Below, piece after piece: positions 29,245 to 39,332 of a stretch of 64,000 nucleotides of DNA (the first letter of the stretch is position 1; every line of letters begins with the position of its first letter). Position numbers and translations under genes: made by a program. The stretch is from contig OZ223519.1 of NCBI GenBank assembly GCA_965140785.1, positions 1 to 64,000 on the forward strand. Direction: 5' to 3'. The notes under the pieces were generated by a model. It was not told the DNA's origin, did not search any database, and saw only the letters and a list, made by a program, of their open reading frames with translations. Origin of the DNA: an uncultured Ruficoccus sp. Lineage in GTDB: Bacteria; Verrucomicrobiota; Verrucomicrobiia; Opitutales; Cerasicoccaceae.

Positions 29245-30158
29245 CCCGACATGAAAAACGCAACCTGCGCGTCGGGCTGATCTTCATCAGTCCCTGGCTG
29301 GCGGGCTTTATCCTGATGAGCCTGTATCCGCTCATCAGCTCCGGCTATTACTCGCTCACGGACTACTCCGTGCTGTCCAAGCCCGTTTACACCGGACTGG
29401 ACAACTACCGCGAGCTGATGCGCGACGAGCTTTTCTGGCAGTCGCTGTGGAACACCTTTTACTTCGCCGCGCTCTCGATCCCGATCAACCTCGTCTCGGC
29501 CATCCTGCTGGCCGTGCTTTTGAACTTCGACCTGCCGGGCAAGAAAATCTTCCGCACGGTGTATTTCCTGCCCTCGCTGGTGCCCATGGTCTGCCTCGGA
29601 GTGTTGTGGCAGTGGATGCTCAACGGGCAGATGGGGCTGATCAACCAGATGCTCAGCCCGCTGTGCGAGGCGATCAACGCCGTGCTCGGCACGAGCGTCA
29701 ACCCGCCCAACTGGCTCGCGGACCCGGCCTATGCCAAGCTCGGCCTGGTCCTGGCCAGCATGTGGGGCGTGGGCAATGCCGTGGTCATCTTCCTGGCCGG
29801 CCTGCAGGACGTGCCGCGCGCCCTCTACGAGGCGGCGGAGATCGACGGCTGCGGTTTCTGGCGAAAGACCGTCCACGTGACGCTCCCGATCATCTCGCCG
29901 GTTATTTACTTTAACGGCATTATGGGGCTGATCGGCTCGTTCCAGGTGTTCGCCGTGCCCTACGTCATGACGAACGGCGGGGAGGGCCCAGGACGCTCGC
30001 TGCTATTTGCCGCCACCTATGTTTTCAACAAGGGGTTCCAGGCCTGGAGCATGGGCTACGCCTGCGCCATCGCGCTGATCCTGTTCGTCATCATCCTGGT
30101 GCTGACGCTGCTGGCGAGCTATGTCGCCGAGCGCCATATCTACTACGCTGGAAAATGA
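29241..30158 (+). CDS. Carbohydrate ABC transporter permease
   Basis: GLDNY, LYEAAEIDG EAA loop, MGYACA. Confidence 0.93.
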   Translation: MTRHEKRNLRVGLIFISPWLAGFILMSLYPLISSGYYSLTDYSVLSKPVYTGLDNYRELMRDELFWQSLWNTFYFAALSIPINLVSAILLAVLLNFDLPGKKIFRTVYFLPSLVPMVCLGVLWQWMLNGQMGLINQMLSPLCEAINAVLGTSVNPPNWLADPAYAKLGLVLASMWGVGNAVVIFLAGLQDVPRALYEAAEIDGCGFWRKTVHVTLPIISPVIYFNGIMGLIGSFQVFAVPYVMTNGGEGPGRSLLFAATYVFNKGFQAWSMGYACAIALILFVIILVLTLLASYVAERHIYYAGK

Positions 30159-30997
30159 GTTCGAAGACCGCGCACATCCTTCAACGCCTCTGCCTGTACG
30201 TGCTCCTGCTGGCGGGAGCGGTGGTGTTTATCCTGCCCTTTGTCTGGATGCTCTCCACCTCGCTCAAGCCGCTGAACGAGACCATGACCGTGCCGCCGCG
30301 CTGGTTGCCCTCGCACATCCAGTGGGACAACTACCCCCGCGCCATCGAGGAGATGAAGATGTTCTGGCGCTACACGGGCAACACGGTTTACCTGTGCGCG
30401 ATGACGGTCATCGGCACGGTGCTCAGCAGCGCGCTGGCGGCTTACGGCTTTTCCCGCATCGAGTGGCGCGGGCGCGACAAGGTCTTTGTCCTGGTGCTGG
30501 CGACGATGATGATCCCCTTCCCGGTCGTGATGGTGCCGCTGTACACGCTGTTTCGCGAGCTGGGCTGGATCGGAAGCTTCAAGCCGTTGTGGGTGCCGAG
30601 CTTTATGGCCGGGGCCTTCAACGTCTTTCTCCTGCGGCAGTTCTTTCTCACGCTGCCCAAGGAGCTCTCTGAGGCGGCGAAAATTGACGGTGCCAGCGAG
30701 TGGCAGGTCTTTTGCCAGGTGATTCTGCCCCTGGCCAAGCCCGCGCTCATCGTGGTCGCCCTCTTCCAGTTCATGGCCACGTGGAACGACTTCCTGGGGC
30801 CGTTGATCTACCTAACAGACCAGTCGGACTTCACGCTCGCGCTCGGCCTCCAGGCCTACCAGAGCCGCGAGGGGGGGACGGACTGGCATTACCTGATGGC
30901 GGCCTCGACCCTCGTGGTCATCCCGGTCGTAGTGCTCTTCTTCTTCACCCAGCGCTACTTCGTGGAAGGAATCGCGACCACGGGGGGCAAAGGATGA
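30155..30997 (+). CDS. Carbohydrate ABC transporter permease
   Basis: FLLRQFF, LSEAAKIDGA, WNDFLGPL. Confidence 0.93.
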   Translation: MSSKTAHILQRLCLYVLLLAGAVVFILPFVWMLSTSLKPLNETMTVPPRWLPSHIQWDNYPRAIEEMKMFWRYTGNTVYLCAMTVIGTVLSSALAAYGFSRIEWRGRDKVFVLVLATMMIPFPVVMVPLYTLFRELGWIGSFKPLWVPSFMAGAFNVFLLRQFFLTLPKELSEAAKIDGASEWQVFCQVILPLAKPALIVVALFQFMATWNDFLGPLIYLTDQSDFTLALGLQAYQSREGGTDWHYLMAASTLVVIPVVVLFFFTQRYFVEGIATTGGKG

Positions 30998-31027
30998 TGA
31001 ACGCTGCGGTTAGGACGAAATCGTTTG

Positions 31028-31040
31028 AGTTAACTGTTTA
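31028..31040 (+). promoter_or_regulatory. Putative operator AGTTAACTGTTTA
   Basis: Identical 13-mer at 33018-33030; variants in five other intergenic positions of the locus. Confidence 0.65.
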
Positions 31041-31090
31041 CATGTGCTTGCGTTGCTGCACGGCCCAACCCCGACTGAAATAGGAACCCC

Positions 31091-31804
31091 ATGAAAGACT
31101 GGTCCGGAACTAGCCCCCGTCCTGGATTTACCCTGATCGAGCTTTTGGCAGTGATCGCGGTGATCGCGATTTTGGCGTCCTTGATCATCTCGGTGGGGGG
31201 CAACACCCTGAAGCACTCCCGCGCGAGCGAGGCGGCGGTTCAGGTGCGCCAGATCCTGCTGGCCGGGCAGCTCTACGCCAACGAGCACGGCGGGCACCTG
31301 CCCAAGGTCGCCTCGGACAATGTCGGACTGGACGAGCCGCGCGACTATTTTTACGTGACCCGCGACGGCGTGGCCGAAACCGAGGGCACCGCCCTGGCCG
31401 CCTATATGGGCGGAGCGGAGGCCGCCGCCGCCGGACTGCGTGCGCCCAACGACGCGGGCCTGGCCGAGATCGGCCAGTCGGGCCGGAATTTCAGCTACAC
31501 GTTTAACTTCCTCATCAACCAGGGCGAGCTGCAAGAGGGGGCGAGCGAGCCCAGCGGCTTTGAAAAGGCCCTCTCGACGATCAACCTGTACTACGTGGAC
31601 GATCCTGCCGAAAAGGTGATCGTGTACGAAGAGGAAGACCCCAACGACGCTTTCTGTGTCTGGTTCATCGACCGCCCGTCCTCCCGTTTCGACGGCAAGG
31701 GCCACGTCGGCTTTGTCGATGGGCACGTCGAGTTGCTCCCTGCCGAGGAGATCTATGGCAGCGCCGCCCTGGGCGAAATTGTGCCGCCGGACAAGCAGTA
31801 CTGA
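31091..31804 (+). CDS. Prepilin-type N-terminal cleavage/methylation protein (H-X9-DG family variant)
   Basis: GFTLIELLAVIAVIAILAS, SYTFN, RFDGKGHVGFVDGH. Confidence 0.9.
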   Translation: MKDWSGTSPRPGFTLIELLAVIAVIAILASLIISVGGNTLKHSRASEAAVQVRQILLAGQLYANEHGGHLPKVASDNVGLDEPRDYFYVTRDGVAETEGTALAAYMGGAEAAAAGLRAPNDAGLAEIGQSGRNFSYTFNFLINQGELQEGASEPSGFEKALSTINLYYVDDPAEKVIVYEEEDPNDAFCVWFIDRPSSRFDGKGHVGFVDGHVELLPAEEIYGSAALGEIVPPDKQY

Positions 31805-31845
31805 GCGCGTCTCAGGCCGCTTCTCATCTGCTTCGGGATGATAAT

Positions 31846-31921
31846 TTAGCCACGGATGAAACGCGGATGAAACGCGGATTGTGATGATGAAATACACCAT
31901 CCGTGTTTCATCCGCGGCTAA
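31846..31921. repeat. REP-like palindromic element between convergent genes
   Basis: TTAGCCACGGATGAAACGCGGATGAAACGCGGAT ... ATCCGTGTTTCATCCGCGGCTAA; degenerate arm at 39116-39136. Confidence 0.75.
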
Positions 31922-31952
31922 TCTATTTTATATTTCATTCCTAGAAATGGTA

Positions 31953-32975
31953 TCAGGCCGCTCTCACGCTCGGTCCTGGCTGCCACTCGCTCTTGATCGT
32001 GATGCACTTGGGGAAGCTGGAGAACGCGGTCTCGTTGCGGTGGATTTTGCCAATGAGCATATCGACGGCCGCCTTGCCCGCGTGGTGGTGGTTCTGGCTC
32101 ATCCCGGCCCACGCGGCCAGCGCAGGTTCGTGGTCGAGGTGGATGAGGCCGACATCGCGGGGCGCGAGGATATCGATCTCCTCCAGCCACGCCCGGATCT
32201 CGGTGTGCAGGGTCAGGATGATGTCGGGACGGCGCTGCCGGAACCATTTTTGGAAGAGTTCCTTGCCCTCGCTCATGTACTCGAAGGGCATCAGCTTGCT
32301 CTGCCAGGGTTGGGTCCGGAGTTGCACCAGATAGCCGCCCGTGAGACGATATTCGAGGATCTCATCAACGTAGGGATGGACGCAGAGCGCCGGTTTGCGG
32401 TAGCCCAGTCGGTGCGCTTCGATCATCGCCTGGCGAACCGTGTTGTATTGGTCGTTAATGACGGAGGAGAGCGAGGTCCCGTCCGGGCGTTCCCCCAGGA
32501 TGATGGCGGCGAAACGCTCCCACAGCGGCGCGTACTTGGCGGCGATGTCATCGTCGTGAAAAGGGCCAGTCACGATGAGGCCCTTGATCCCGCGGGTTTC
32601 CAGCACCTTGGCGAGCCGCTGAGGGCGCATGGGCTCCTTGGCCAGGACAAAGTGGTCCACCGTGTAGCCGAGTTCGGCCGCCCGCTCCATGCTGGCGTGG
32701 TTCCAGCTCAGGACCGTGTGCTCTTCGGCGTCCTTGCGGTGCTGCGCGGTGTTGATGACCGCCAGCGTGCATTTGTAGTTGGCGCTCTGGCCGGTGCGGA
32801 CTTGGGCGATCAGTTGCGAGACAATGGGGTTGGGCTTGTAGCCTTCTTTTTCCGCGAGTTCCTGCACGCGCTTGCGCACTTGCGCGCTGATGCGGATGTC
32901 GTTGCGGAGGGCGAGAGAGATGGTGGCAGGCGAGACGCCCGCCAGTTTGGCAAGGCTCCTGATCGTTGGGGGCAT
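31953..32975 (-). CDS. LacI-family transcriptional regulator
   Basis: TIRSLAKLAGVSPATISLALRN, GYKPNP, periplasmic-binding-like C-terminal domain. Confidence 0.93.
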   Translation of the reverse strand: MPPTIRSLAKLAGVSPATISLALRNDIRISAQVRKRVQELAEKEGYKPNPIVSQLIAQVRTGQSANYKCTLAVINTAQHRKDAEEHTVLSWNHASMERAAELGYTVDHFVLAKEPMRPQRLAKVLETRGIKGLIVTGPFHDDDIAAKYAPLWERFAAIILGERPDGTSLSSVINDQYNTVRQAMIEAHRLGYRKPALCVHPYVDEILEYRLTGGYLVQLRTQPWQSKLMPFEYMSEGKELFQKWFRQRRPDIILTLHTEIRAWLEEIDILAPRDVGLIHLDHEPALAAWAGMSQNHHHAGKAAVDMLIGKIHRNETAFSSFPKCITIKSEWQPGPSVRAA

Positions 32976-33017
32976 AGCTCTTAGTTTGTCCTTGTGTATC
33001 CGATAATGTCAACGCGA

Positions 33018-33030
33018 AGTTAACTGTTTA
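33018..33030 (+). promoter_or_regulatory. Putative operator AGTTAACTGTTTA in the lacI/glycosidase divergent promoter
   Basis: Identical to 31028-31040. Confidence 0.65.
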
Positions 33031-33121
33031 AGGGCTCGTCCTTTGATTAATTCCTCCCAGCGCCTCTTATGGTTATAACGATTTCCCCCTCCTTTCAGAC
33101 GAACCATAACTCAATCTGCCT

Positions 33122-35623
33122 GTGGCGACACCCTCGATCATTTACAAGGACCTGCTGTTTCAACCTCACACCGGAGCGAACGGTCTGCCAACGGTCGAAA
33201 TGGTCGATGAATCCGCCAGCGGCGCACGCGCCTATGAACTGCGGACGGACCGGCCCTTGCGGGATGAGTTTCCGCCCGACGGACGCATCCATATTGCGGA
33301 ACCGGAGGCAGGGCCACGCTGCCGCAGCGGCAGTATGCGCTTTGACGCGCTCTACGCGATGGCGGTCCAAGAGGCGCGGCAGAACGCCGTCTCCCGGGTC
33401 AGCGACGCCGACTACGCGCACGGCAAAGACTTCGAGGCGGATGTTTACCAGACCGGAGAAAAGTGGCACTTCGTGTGGACGCGGGATCTGGCCTACGCGC
33501 TTCACTTGGGGCTGGCTCTTTACGACCCCGAGCGTGCCCTCCGCTCGCTGCGCTTCAAAGCCTCGGACGTGAAGGCTTGCGTGGAGGGCGGATTCCGGCA
33601 CCAGATCGTGCAGGATACCGGCTCGGGCGGGAGCTACCCGGTCTCGACGGACCGTGTCGTCTGGGCGCTCGGTGCGCACCAGACTCTGTGCTGCTTGGAA
33701 CCGGCCCGGCGCCCGGCTTGGCGGGCGGAGGTGTTTCCGATCTTGCGTGACACCATCGAGCAGGACCGGCGGTTAATCTTCGACGGGGAGGACGGGTTGT
33801 ACCGCGGCGAGCAGTCGTTCCTGGATTGGCGGGAGCAGACTTATCCGCGATGGACCGAGGATAACGTGCTACCCATTGCCATGTCCAAGGCCCTCTCCGT
33901 CAACGTCGCCTATGTCTTTATGCTGGAGATGGCCTCGGTCTGCGCGGGCGAGCTGGGGCACACTGCCGAGCATGCGCGTTATGCGGGCTGGGCGCGTGAG
34001 CTGCGGGAGGCGGTCAACCGCGCCTTTTACGATGAACAGGAGGGCTTGTATCGGACCTATCTGTTGACGGAATTTGGCGAATACGCCTTGCCGGTCAAAC
34101 GCTACGACCTGCTCGGGCAATGCCTGGCGATCCTGTTTGAGGTTGCCGATGAAGGGCGTGCCCGGCGGATACTCTCCCGCTATCCGGTCGGACGGCACGG
34201 GCCGCCCGTGGTCTGGCCTCAGGAGGCCGGTGTCCCCATCTACCACAACCAGGGGATTTGGCCCTTCGTGACGGCCTACTGGATCAAGGCGGCCCGTAAG
34301 GTGAACCACGTCGCGGCGGTGGATGCCGGGGTCCGCTCCCTGATTGAGCTGGCCGCCTCCAATCTCTCCCATATGGAAAACTTCGATTTCGTGTCCGGGC
34401 TGGCCCATGTCACGGCGGGTGAACGGGTGGGGCCCGTGATCAACTCCCGGCGGCAACTGTGGTCGGTCGCCGGGTATTTGTCCCTCGTTCACGAGGTGGT
34501 GTTCGGCTTCCGGGCGACGGAGGAGGGACTCCGGCTGGAGCCCTACGTCACGGCCTGGATGCGGCGCTCGCTCTTTGCCCGGAGCGCGCACATGCAGATC
34601 GAGGGCTTGCCGTACCAGGGGACGGTCAACGACATTTTGGTTCACCTCCCGCCAGCGGCGGAGTTTCACTCCGCCGTCGCCCGTTGCGTCCGCGTGCTGC
34701 TCAACGGGGTGGATGTGACCGGGCGGACCCTTTGCGCCTCCGAGCTGAGCCCCTGCAACGCATGGGAGGTCTTCATGGAGGCTTCGGCTGACGATGTCCC
34801 AATCGAAAGACTCCACACGGTCAATGACCGGGACGGTATCTACTGTCCGGCGACCCCGGCATGGGGCGATGATGTCGCCGGGGCAATCCAGCCCGAGGAT
34901 GGCCGGTTGCGCCTGAGTTTTAAGCAACCCTCCGATCCCCGGCTCGTCGTCGATATTTTCCGCGATGGTCAGCTCTGTGCGCAGGGGCTCGCGCAGGGCG
35001 GGTGGGTGGACCCCGACTCGGGCGCGTACAGGGATCAAATCTACACCTACCACCTCGTGAGCCGCCATCTGGACTCGGGCTTCACGTCCCATCCGACACC
35101 GGGGCGCAGCTACCGCGGCGCCGGGCAGTCGGTCCATATCCCCGCCGCGCAGATCGCGTCAGCGGGCGGCCAGCGGAACGGGCGCGACAGCCTGGAGCGC
35201 TGGGGCAGGCCGGAGGATGTCATCGACCTGCGGGAGGTGAGGGTGCCCCGCTCCGGACGCTATGCCGTGAGGGTCGAATTCTCCAACGGCTCCGGCCCGG
35301 TCAACACCGGTATCACCTGTGCGGTGAAGCGCCTGGATGTGCTGGCCCAGGCCAGTGGCGAAGTAATCCGCTCGGCCTATGTGGTCATGCCGCAATCGGG
35401 CAGTTGGGATAAGTATGCGCTGTCCAACTCGCTGCTTGTTGATCTGGACGAGAAGGCGTATTATCGCCTGCGCTTGCTTGAAGACCCCCTCTCTCGGAAC
35501 ATGAGCTACCTTGCCAGCAACGAAAAGTACACGGCGCGGGCCGGTGGCGGCGACTCTTGCTATAACTTTATCAACCTGGCGGGAGTCCACCTCTCGCTTA
35601 TCAACGCCAGTCAGGACCAGTGA
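33122..35623 (+). CDS. Six-hairpin glycosidase (amylo-alpha-1,6-glucosidase-like) with a C-terminal CBM35/6-like domain
   Basis: VWTRD, GEQSFLDWREQ, YHNQGIWPF, RQLWS; no signal peptide; GTG start. Confidence 0.7.
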   Translation: MATPSIIYKDLLFQPHTGANGLPTVEMVDESASGARAYELRTDRPLRDEFPPDGRIHIAEPEAGPRCRSGSMRFDALYAMAVQEARQNAVSRVSDADYAHGKDFEADVYQTGEKWHFVWTRDLAYALHLGLALYDPERALRSLRFKASDVKACVEGGFRHQIVQDTGSGGSYPVSTDRVVWALGAHQTLCCLEPARRPAWRAEVFPILRDTIEQDRRLIFDGEDGLYRGEQSFLDWREQTYPRWTEDNVLPIAMSKALSVNVAYVFMLEMASVCAGELGHTAEHARYAGWARELREAVNRAFYDEQEGLYRTYLLTEFGEYALPVKRYDLLGQCLAILFEVADEGRARRILSRYPVGRHGPPVVWPQEAGVPIYHNQGIWPFVTAYWIKAARKVNHVAAVDAGVRSLIELAASNLSHMENFDFVSGLAHVTAGERVGPVINSRRQLWSVAGYLSLVHEVVFGFRATEEGLRLEPYVTAWMRRSLFARSAHMQIEGLPYQGTVNDILVHLPPAAEFHSAVARCVRVLLNGVDVTGRTLCASELSPCNAWEVFMEASADDVPIERLHTVNDRDGIYCPATPAWGDDVAGAIQPEDGRLRLSFKQPSDPRLVVDIFRDGQLCAQGLAQGGWVDPDSGAYRDQIYTYHLVSRHLDSGFTSHPTPGRSYRGAGQSVHIPAAQIASAGGQRNGRDSLERWGRPEDVIDLREVRVPRSGRYAVRVEFSNGSGPVNTGITCAVKRLDVLAQASGEVIRSAYVVMPQSGSWDKYALSNSLLVDLDEKAYYRLRLLEDPLSRNMSYLASNEKYTARAGGGDSCYNFINLAGVHLSLINASQDQ

Positions 35624-37812
35624 TGACACTGCCCCTTCCCCTGTTTCCCTCCCGCCTGCTGCTCGCGCTCGCTTTTGCCCTGATGCTTCTGGGCGCGTGC
35701 GCCGTGTCCGCAAAAACATCCGCATTCGAGGTGCCGATGAACGTAACATTTGAGCAATCGTTGGAGACCGACGGGCCTCCGCTGGTTGGCACCGCAGGGG
35801 TCTTGTTCCGTTTTACGCCCCCGGAGGAACTGGACGTGAAGCAGGTCCACCTGGCCGGTTCTTTCAACAGCTGGGCCAGTAACGACGATGGCGTGATCCG
35901 CGGCTCGCGCTTCGCGATGCGCCGGGCGGATTCCGGCGTCTGGTATAAGCTGATCGACCTGCCGGAGGCGCAGTTCGAGTACCAGTACGTGGTGGAAACC
36001 GCAGACGGGGCCATGATCTGGATCGCGGACCCGAATGTGGACGAGCGGGACGGGAGTAATTCGGTCGGGCACTTGGGCCGGATGGCTACGTTGCCGGGCG
36101 AAGTAGCAGCCGCGTTGCCCGAGGAATCGCCAGTGCTGCAACTGTCGGCGGGCAAGGTCTGGGTCGCCTCCGGCCAGCCGAACGAGATCAAGGCCCGCGT
36201 CCAGGCACCGGAGACCGGGATGACACTGCATATGCGCGTGACAACGCCTTGGGGGCGGGGGCTTTACTCGGCCTCCGAGCCGGTCAGGGGAGCGCAGAAC
36301 GTGCTGCCGGTGCCGGGCTTCCCCGCGAACGGCGGCTACGTGGCCCAGGTCGCGCTGACTTCGCCGAGCGGGGAAACGCTTGCCATCGAGCGGATCATCC
36401 TGTCGGTGACGGACGAGCCCGAAGACGATTTGCGCTACGGGTTTTTCGCCAGCTATCCCGGCGAGCCCGCGGATTATACGGCCAAGGCGGACATCCTGGC
36501 GGACCTGTACATCAACGCGGTCGAGTTCTACGATTACTTTCCGGCTCACGGTAACTATGCCCCGCAACGTGAAGCGTACAAGTTCGAGCCTTTCGGCATC
36601 GCCATCAACGGCCTCGACGTGAAGCAGAAAATCGAAGCCTGCCAGCGCAAGGGGATTCTGGCCCTGGCCTATATCGCCGCTTACGCCGCCTCCGAAAGCG
36701 TGTACCGCGAAATCCCCGACCCGATGACCGACGCCCAGGGCACGCCGAAGATCTTTAACGGCGAAATCATGACCGAACGCAGGGCTGACGCCGAAGGTAA
36801 ACAGAAATGGTTCTGGCTCATGAACATTTCCGAAGGGTCTCGCTGGCGCTCCTATATCATGCCGGAGCTGGAGCGTGCCCTTCGCCCAGGCGGCGGGGAT
36901 ATCGCGGCTTTTGACGGATTTGAGATCGACACCTACGGTGACAATGCCGATGCGCGCTTCTACGCGGACGGCAGCCGCTACGACGGCGAACCGCTTGCGG
37001 AGGTGCTTCAGGGCTTCGTCGCCGATGTCACCGAGATGACCCACCTGACCAAAGCGCACGGGCTGGTCTCCTTTAACAGTGTCAACGAGTTCGGGGTGGA
37101 AAACATGTACGGGGTGACGGATTTCCTCTTTCTGGAGATCTGGCGTTGGCACGCCCCCATGCTGAGCGATCTGGTCGATATCTGCTTCCATCACCGCGCG
37201 TCTCGCAACCAACGCGTCATCCTCAAGCTCTATCCCGCCGATATGGACCCGCCCCGCTCGACTTGGCCGACGCTGGCCCTGGCGCGTATCCTCGGCGCGA
37301 CCATGACGGGCGGCGGAAGCCTCATGGTGGTCGGTGAACCCGATGAGACAACGGGCAGTATGCACGCCCTGAACTCGCTGTACTACCCGGACCATCAGCC
37401 GCTGAGCGCCGCCAGCGAGGCCCTGCTCAAGGCCTACTACGCGCATGACGCCATGCTCTACGGCTACACACACGGGCGCGAGGTGGACAATTGGGATGCC
37501 TACGTCCCCGTCGAGGGTTGTGTGACCCGCTCCTTCCTCGCTCCTCGCCGCCGGGCGTTGTGTCTGCAAATGCTGAACGTTGGCAACCAGCCTAAGTGGT
37601 CGGAAGTCCCCGGCTCCGTTTCTGTGAAAAAGGACTTTCCCGTCTCGCTGGCGCTTCCCGACGGGGTGCGTCCGAGCGCTGTTTTCTACGCCAGCCCGGA
37701 CAGCCCGCAGTATCAGCTCCCGGTCGAGCTTCCCTTTGAGCTTCAGAATGGCCAAGTGCTGTTCACTGTCCCTGAGCTGGCTGTGTACGGCACCATCATC
37801 GTCCAATACTGA
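35620..37812 (+). CDS. Secreted GH66-like (dextranase/CITase family) enzyme with an N-terminal CBM48-like domain
   Basis: VHLAGSFNSW...EYQYVV...WIADP; RYGF, INAVEFYD, FDGFEIDTYG, FLEIW. Confidence 0.72.
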   Translation: MMTLPLPLFPSRLLLALAFALMLLGACAVSAKTSAFEVPMNVTFEQSLETDGPPLVGTAGVLFRFTPPEELDVKQVHLAGSFNSWASNDDGVIRGSRFAMRRADSGVWYKLIDLPEAQFEYQYVVETADGAMIWIADPNVDERDGSNSVGHLGRMATLPGEVAAALPEESPVLQLSAGKVWVASGQPNEIKARVQAPETGMTLHMRVTTPWGRGLYSASEPVRGAQNVLPVPGFPANGGYVAQVALTSPSGETLAIERIILSVTDEPEDDLRYGFFASYPGEPADYTAKADILADLYINAVEFYDYFPAHGNYAPQREAYKFEPFGIAINGLDVKQKIEACQRKGILALAYIAAYAASESVYREIPDPMTDAQGTPKIFNGEIMTERRADAEGKQKWFWLMNISEGSRWRSYIMPELERALRPGGGDIAAFDGFEIDTYGDNADARFYADGSRYDGEPLAEVLQGFVADVTEMTHLTKAHGLVSFNSVNEFGVENMYGVTDFLFLEIWRWHAPMLSDLVDICFHHRASRNQRVILKLYPADMDPPRSTWPTLALARILGATMTGGGSLMVVGEPDETTGSMHALNSLYYPDHQPLSAASEALLKAYYAHDAMLYGYTHGREVDNWDAYVPVEGCVTRSFLAPRRRALCLQMLNVGNQPKWSEVPGSVSVKKDFPVSLALPDGVRPSAVFYASPDSPQYQLPVELPFELQNGQVLFTVPELAVYGTIIVQY

Positions 37813-38070
37813 AAACGTTTAACTGTCAAATCTTGTCAGACTGGAGAATCCGCTCACTCTGAATAAGAGTCACCCTGTCATTGTTAATCAAGAATGTGTA
37901 CTTTTTCGCATGGACCAGGCACCTGGGGCTATCCGCTGGCAATCCCGGATTGCGCGGCGATCGGTTTATGGGTTTCAGCGCTTTGGTGTGCCTCAGGGGT
38001 ATGGAGCCCTTGGGGGGCCATGCGAGAGAGTACCTGCTTTCTATCTCACGCCTAACCCAACTGTCTAAAT

Positions 38071-38853
38071 ATGAATAAACTAACTAATCTTGTCCTCGCT
38101 CTTGCGAGCGGTATTGCGCTGCCTTCACTGGCCTTTTCAGCGACTGACGGCACGGATAATGCGAGCGCCTCCGCCTATGATAGCGGATGGGTGGATGGGA
38201 CCGATGGTTTCATCACCGGTCCCGGTGCCTATGGCATGTGGTTCCTCAACAGCGACACCTTGGATATCACCCACGAGACGGCCAGCGTCTCCAGCCTCAG
38301 CAATAATGCGCCCCTTCTGGATACCAACGGGGTGTCCTTCCGCATGGCCGGGAGCAATGGATCCGAGGCGACCGCGTTTCGCTTCATCGACCCGGCGGGC
38401 CTGAGCGCGGGGCAGAGCTTCTCCATCGACCTTGCGGTCAACTTCCGCAACGGCTACAAGGGGATTGACCTGCGCGGAACCTCGGAGGAAACCATCTTCA
38501 ACTTCAATGTCGGCGGCGACGACTATGTCGTGAACAGCGCCGCCACCGGTAACGGAAGCATCGGTAACTCCTATAGCGACGACACGCTCTTCCACATCGT
38601 CTTCACGCAAGACTCCGCCGCGGGCGGCACCTGGTCGATCACCCGCAGCGGCGGTGTGGAAGACTATGCCAGCGGTACCTACGATGGCGTGGCCCGGAGC
38701 ATCAAACTGTACGTGGGGAACACCGCCGGGACCGACGCCGACGCGCTGTTTATCAACAATCTCTCGACGATCCCCGAGCCGGGCCAGATGGCCGTCCTTT
38801 TCGGGGTGGTCGCTTATGGTCTTGTCGCCCTGCGCCGCCGTAGAAAGGGCTGA
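38071..38853 (+). CDS. PEP-CTERM surface protein
   Basis: Signal peptide; IPEPGQ + transmembrane helix + RRRRK. Confidence 0.92.
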   Translation: MNKLTNLVLALASGIALPSLAFSATDGTDNASASAYDSGWVDGTDGFITGPGAYGMWFLNSDTLDITHETASVSSLSNNAPLLDTNGVSFRMAGSNGSEATAFRFIDPAGLSAGQSFSIDLAVNFRNGYKGIDLRGTSEETIFNFNVGGDDYVVNSAATGNGSIGNSYSDDTLFHIVFTQDSAAGGTWSITRSGGVEDYASGTYDGVARSIKLYVGNTAGTDADALFINNLSTIPEPGQMAVLFGVVAYGLVALRRRRKG

Positions 38854-38883
38854 TTCGGGCGGTTTTGTTGTGCCAGTCAAAGA

Positions 38884-38916
38884 GCGGTCCGGCAGTGTAT
38901 GCCGGGCCGTTTTTTT
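38884..38916 (+). terminator. Intrinsic terminator
   Basis: GCGGTCCGGCA / TGCCGGGCCGT stem followed by a T7 run. Confidence 0.85.
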
Positions 38917-39332
38917 GTGGGCAAAGACGGCCGGTGGGAGGGCGAGTTTTCGTTGGGTTGGGGCCAGGGCGGGTCTTGCCCGGAAGCCAGCAACGAAAGC
39001 GCTCTGCCATGCGCTGGGACAGGCACCATTCCGGGCCGCGGTTGAGGCCAGGGGATGCCTCGCGGATGGGCGCAATCTCTCAGTCCGTTTCGTGGCAGGG
39101 GTGATCATCGGGATAATCCGCGCTTCATCCGCGGCTTAGCAATGATCTCAACCATAATGAGACGCGTGGTGTGGGATGAGGCTTTTTACGGCTGCGCAGG
39201 GAAGCGTTGCTCACCGCATCGGTAGCGTTCCGGCATCGTTTCCTGGCCGACAAAGAAGAAGGCCTGTGGCCCCGGTGTGCGCGTACCGCTCAGAGCCACA
39301 GGCCGTGCGCCTGATCGTTGCGTGAAGAGGAT

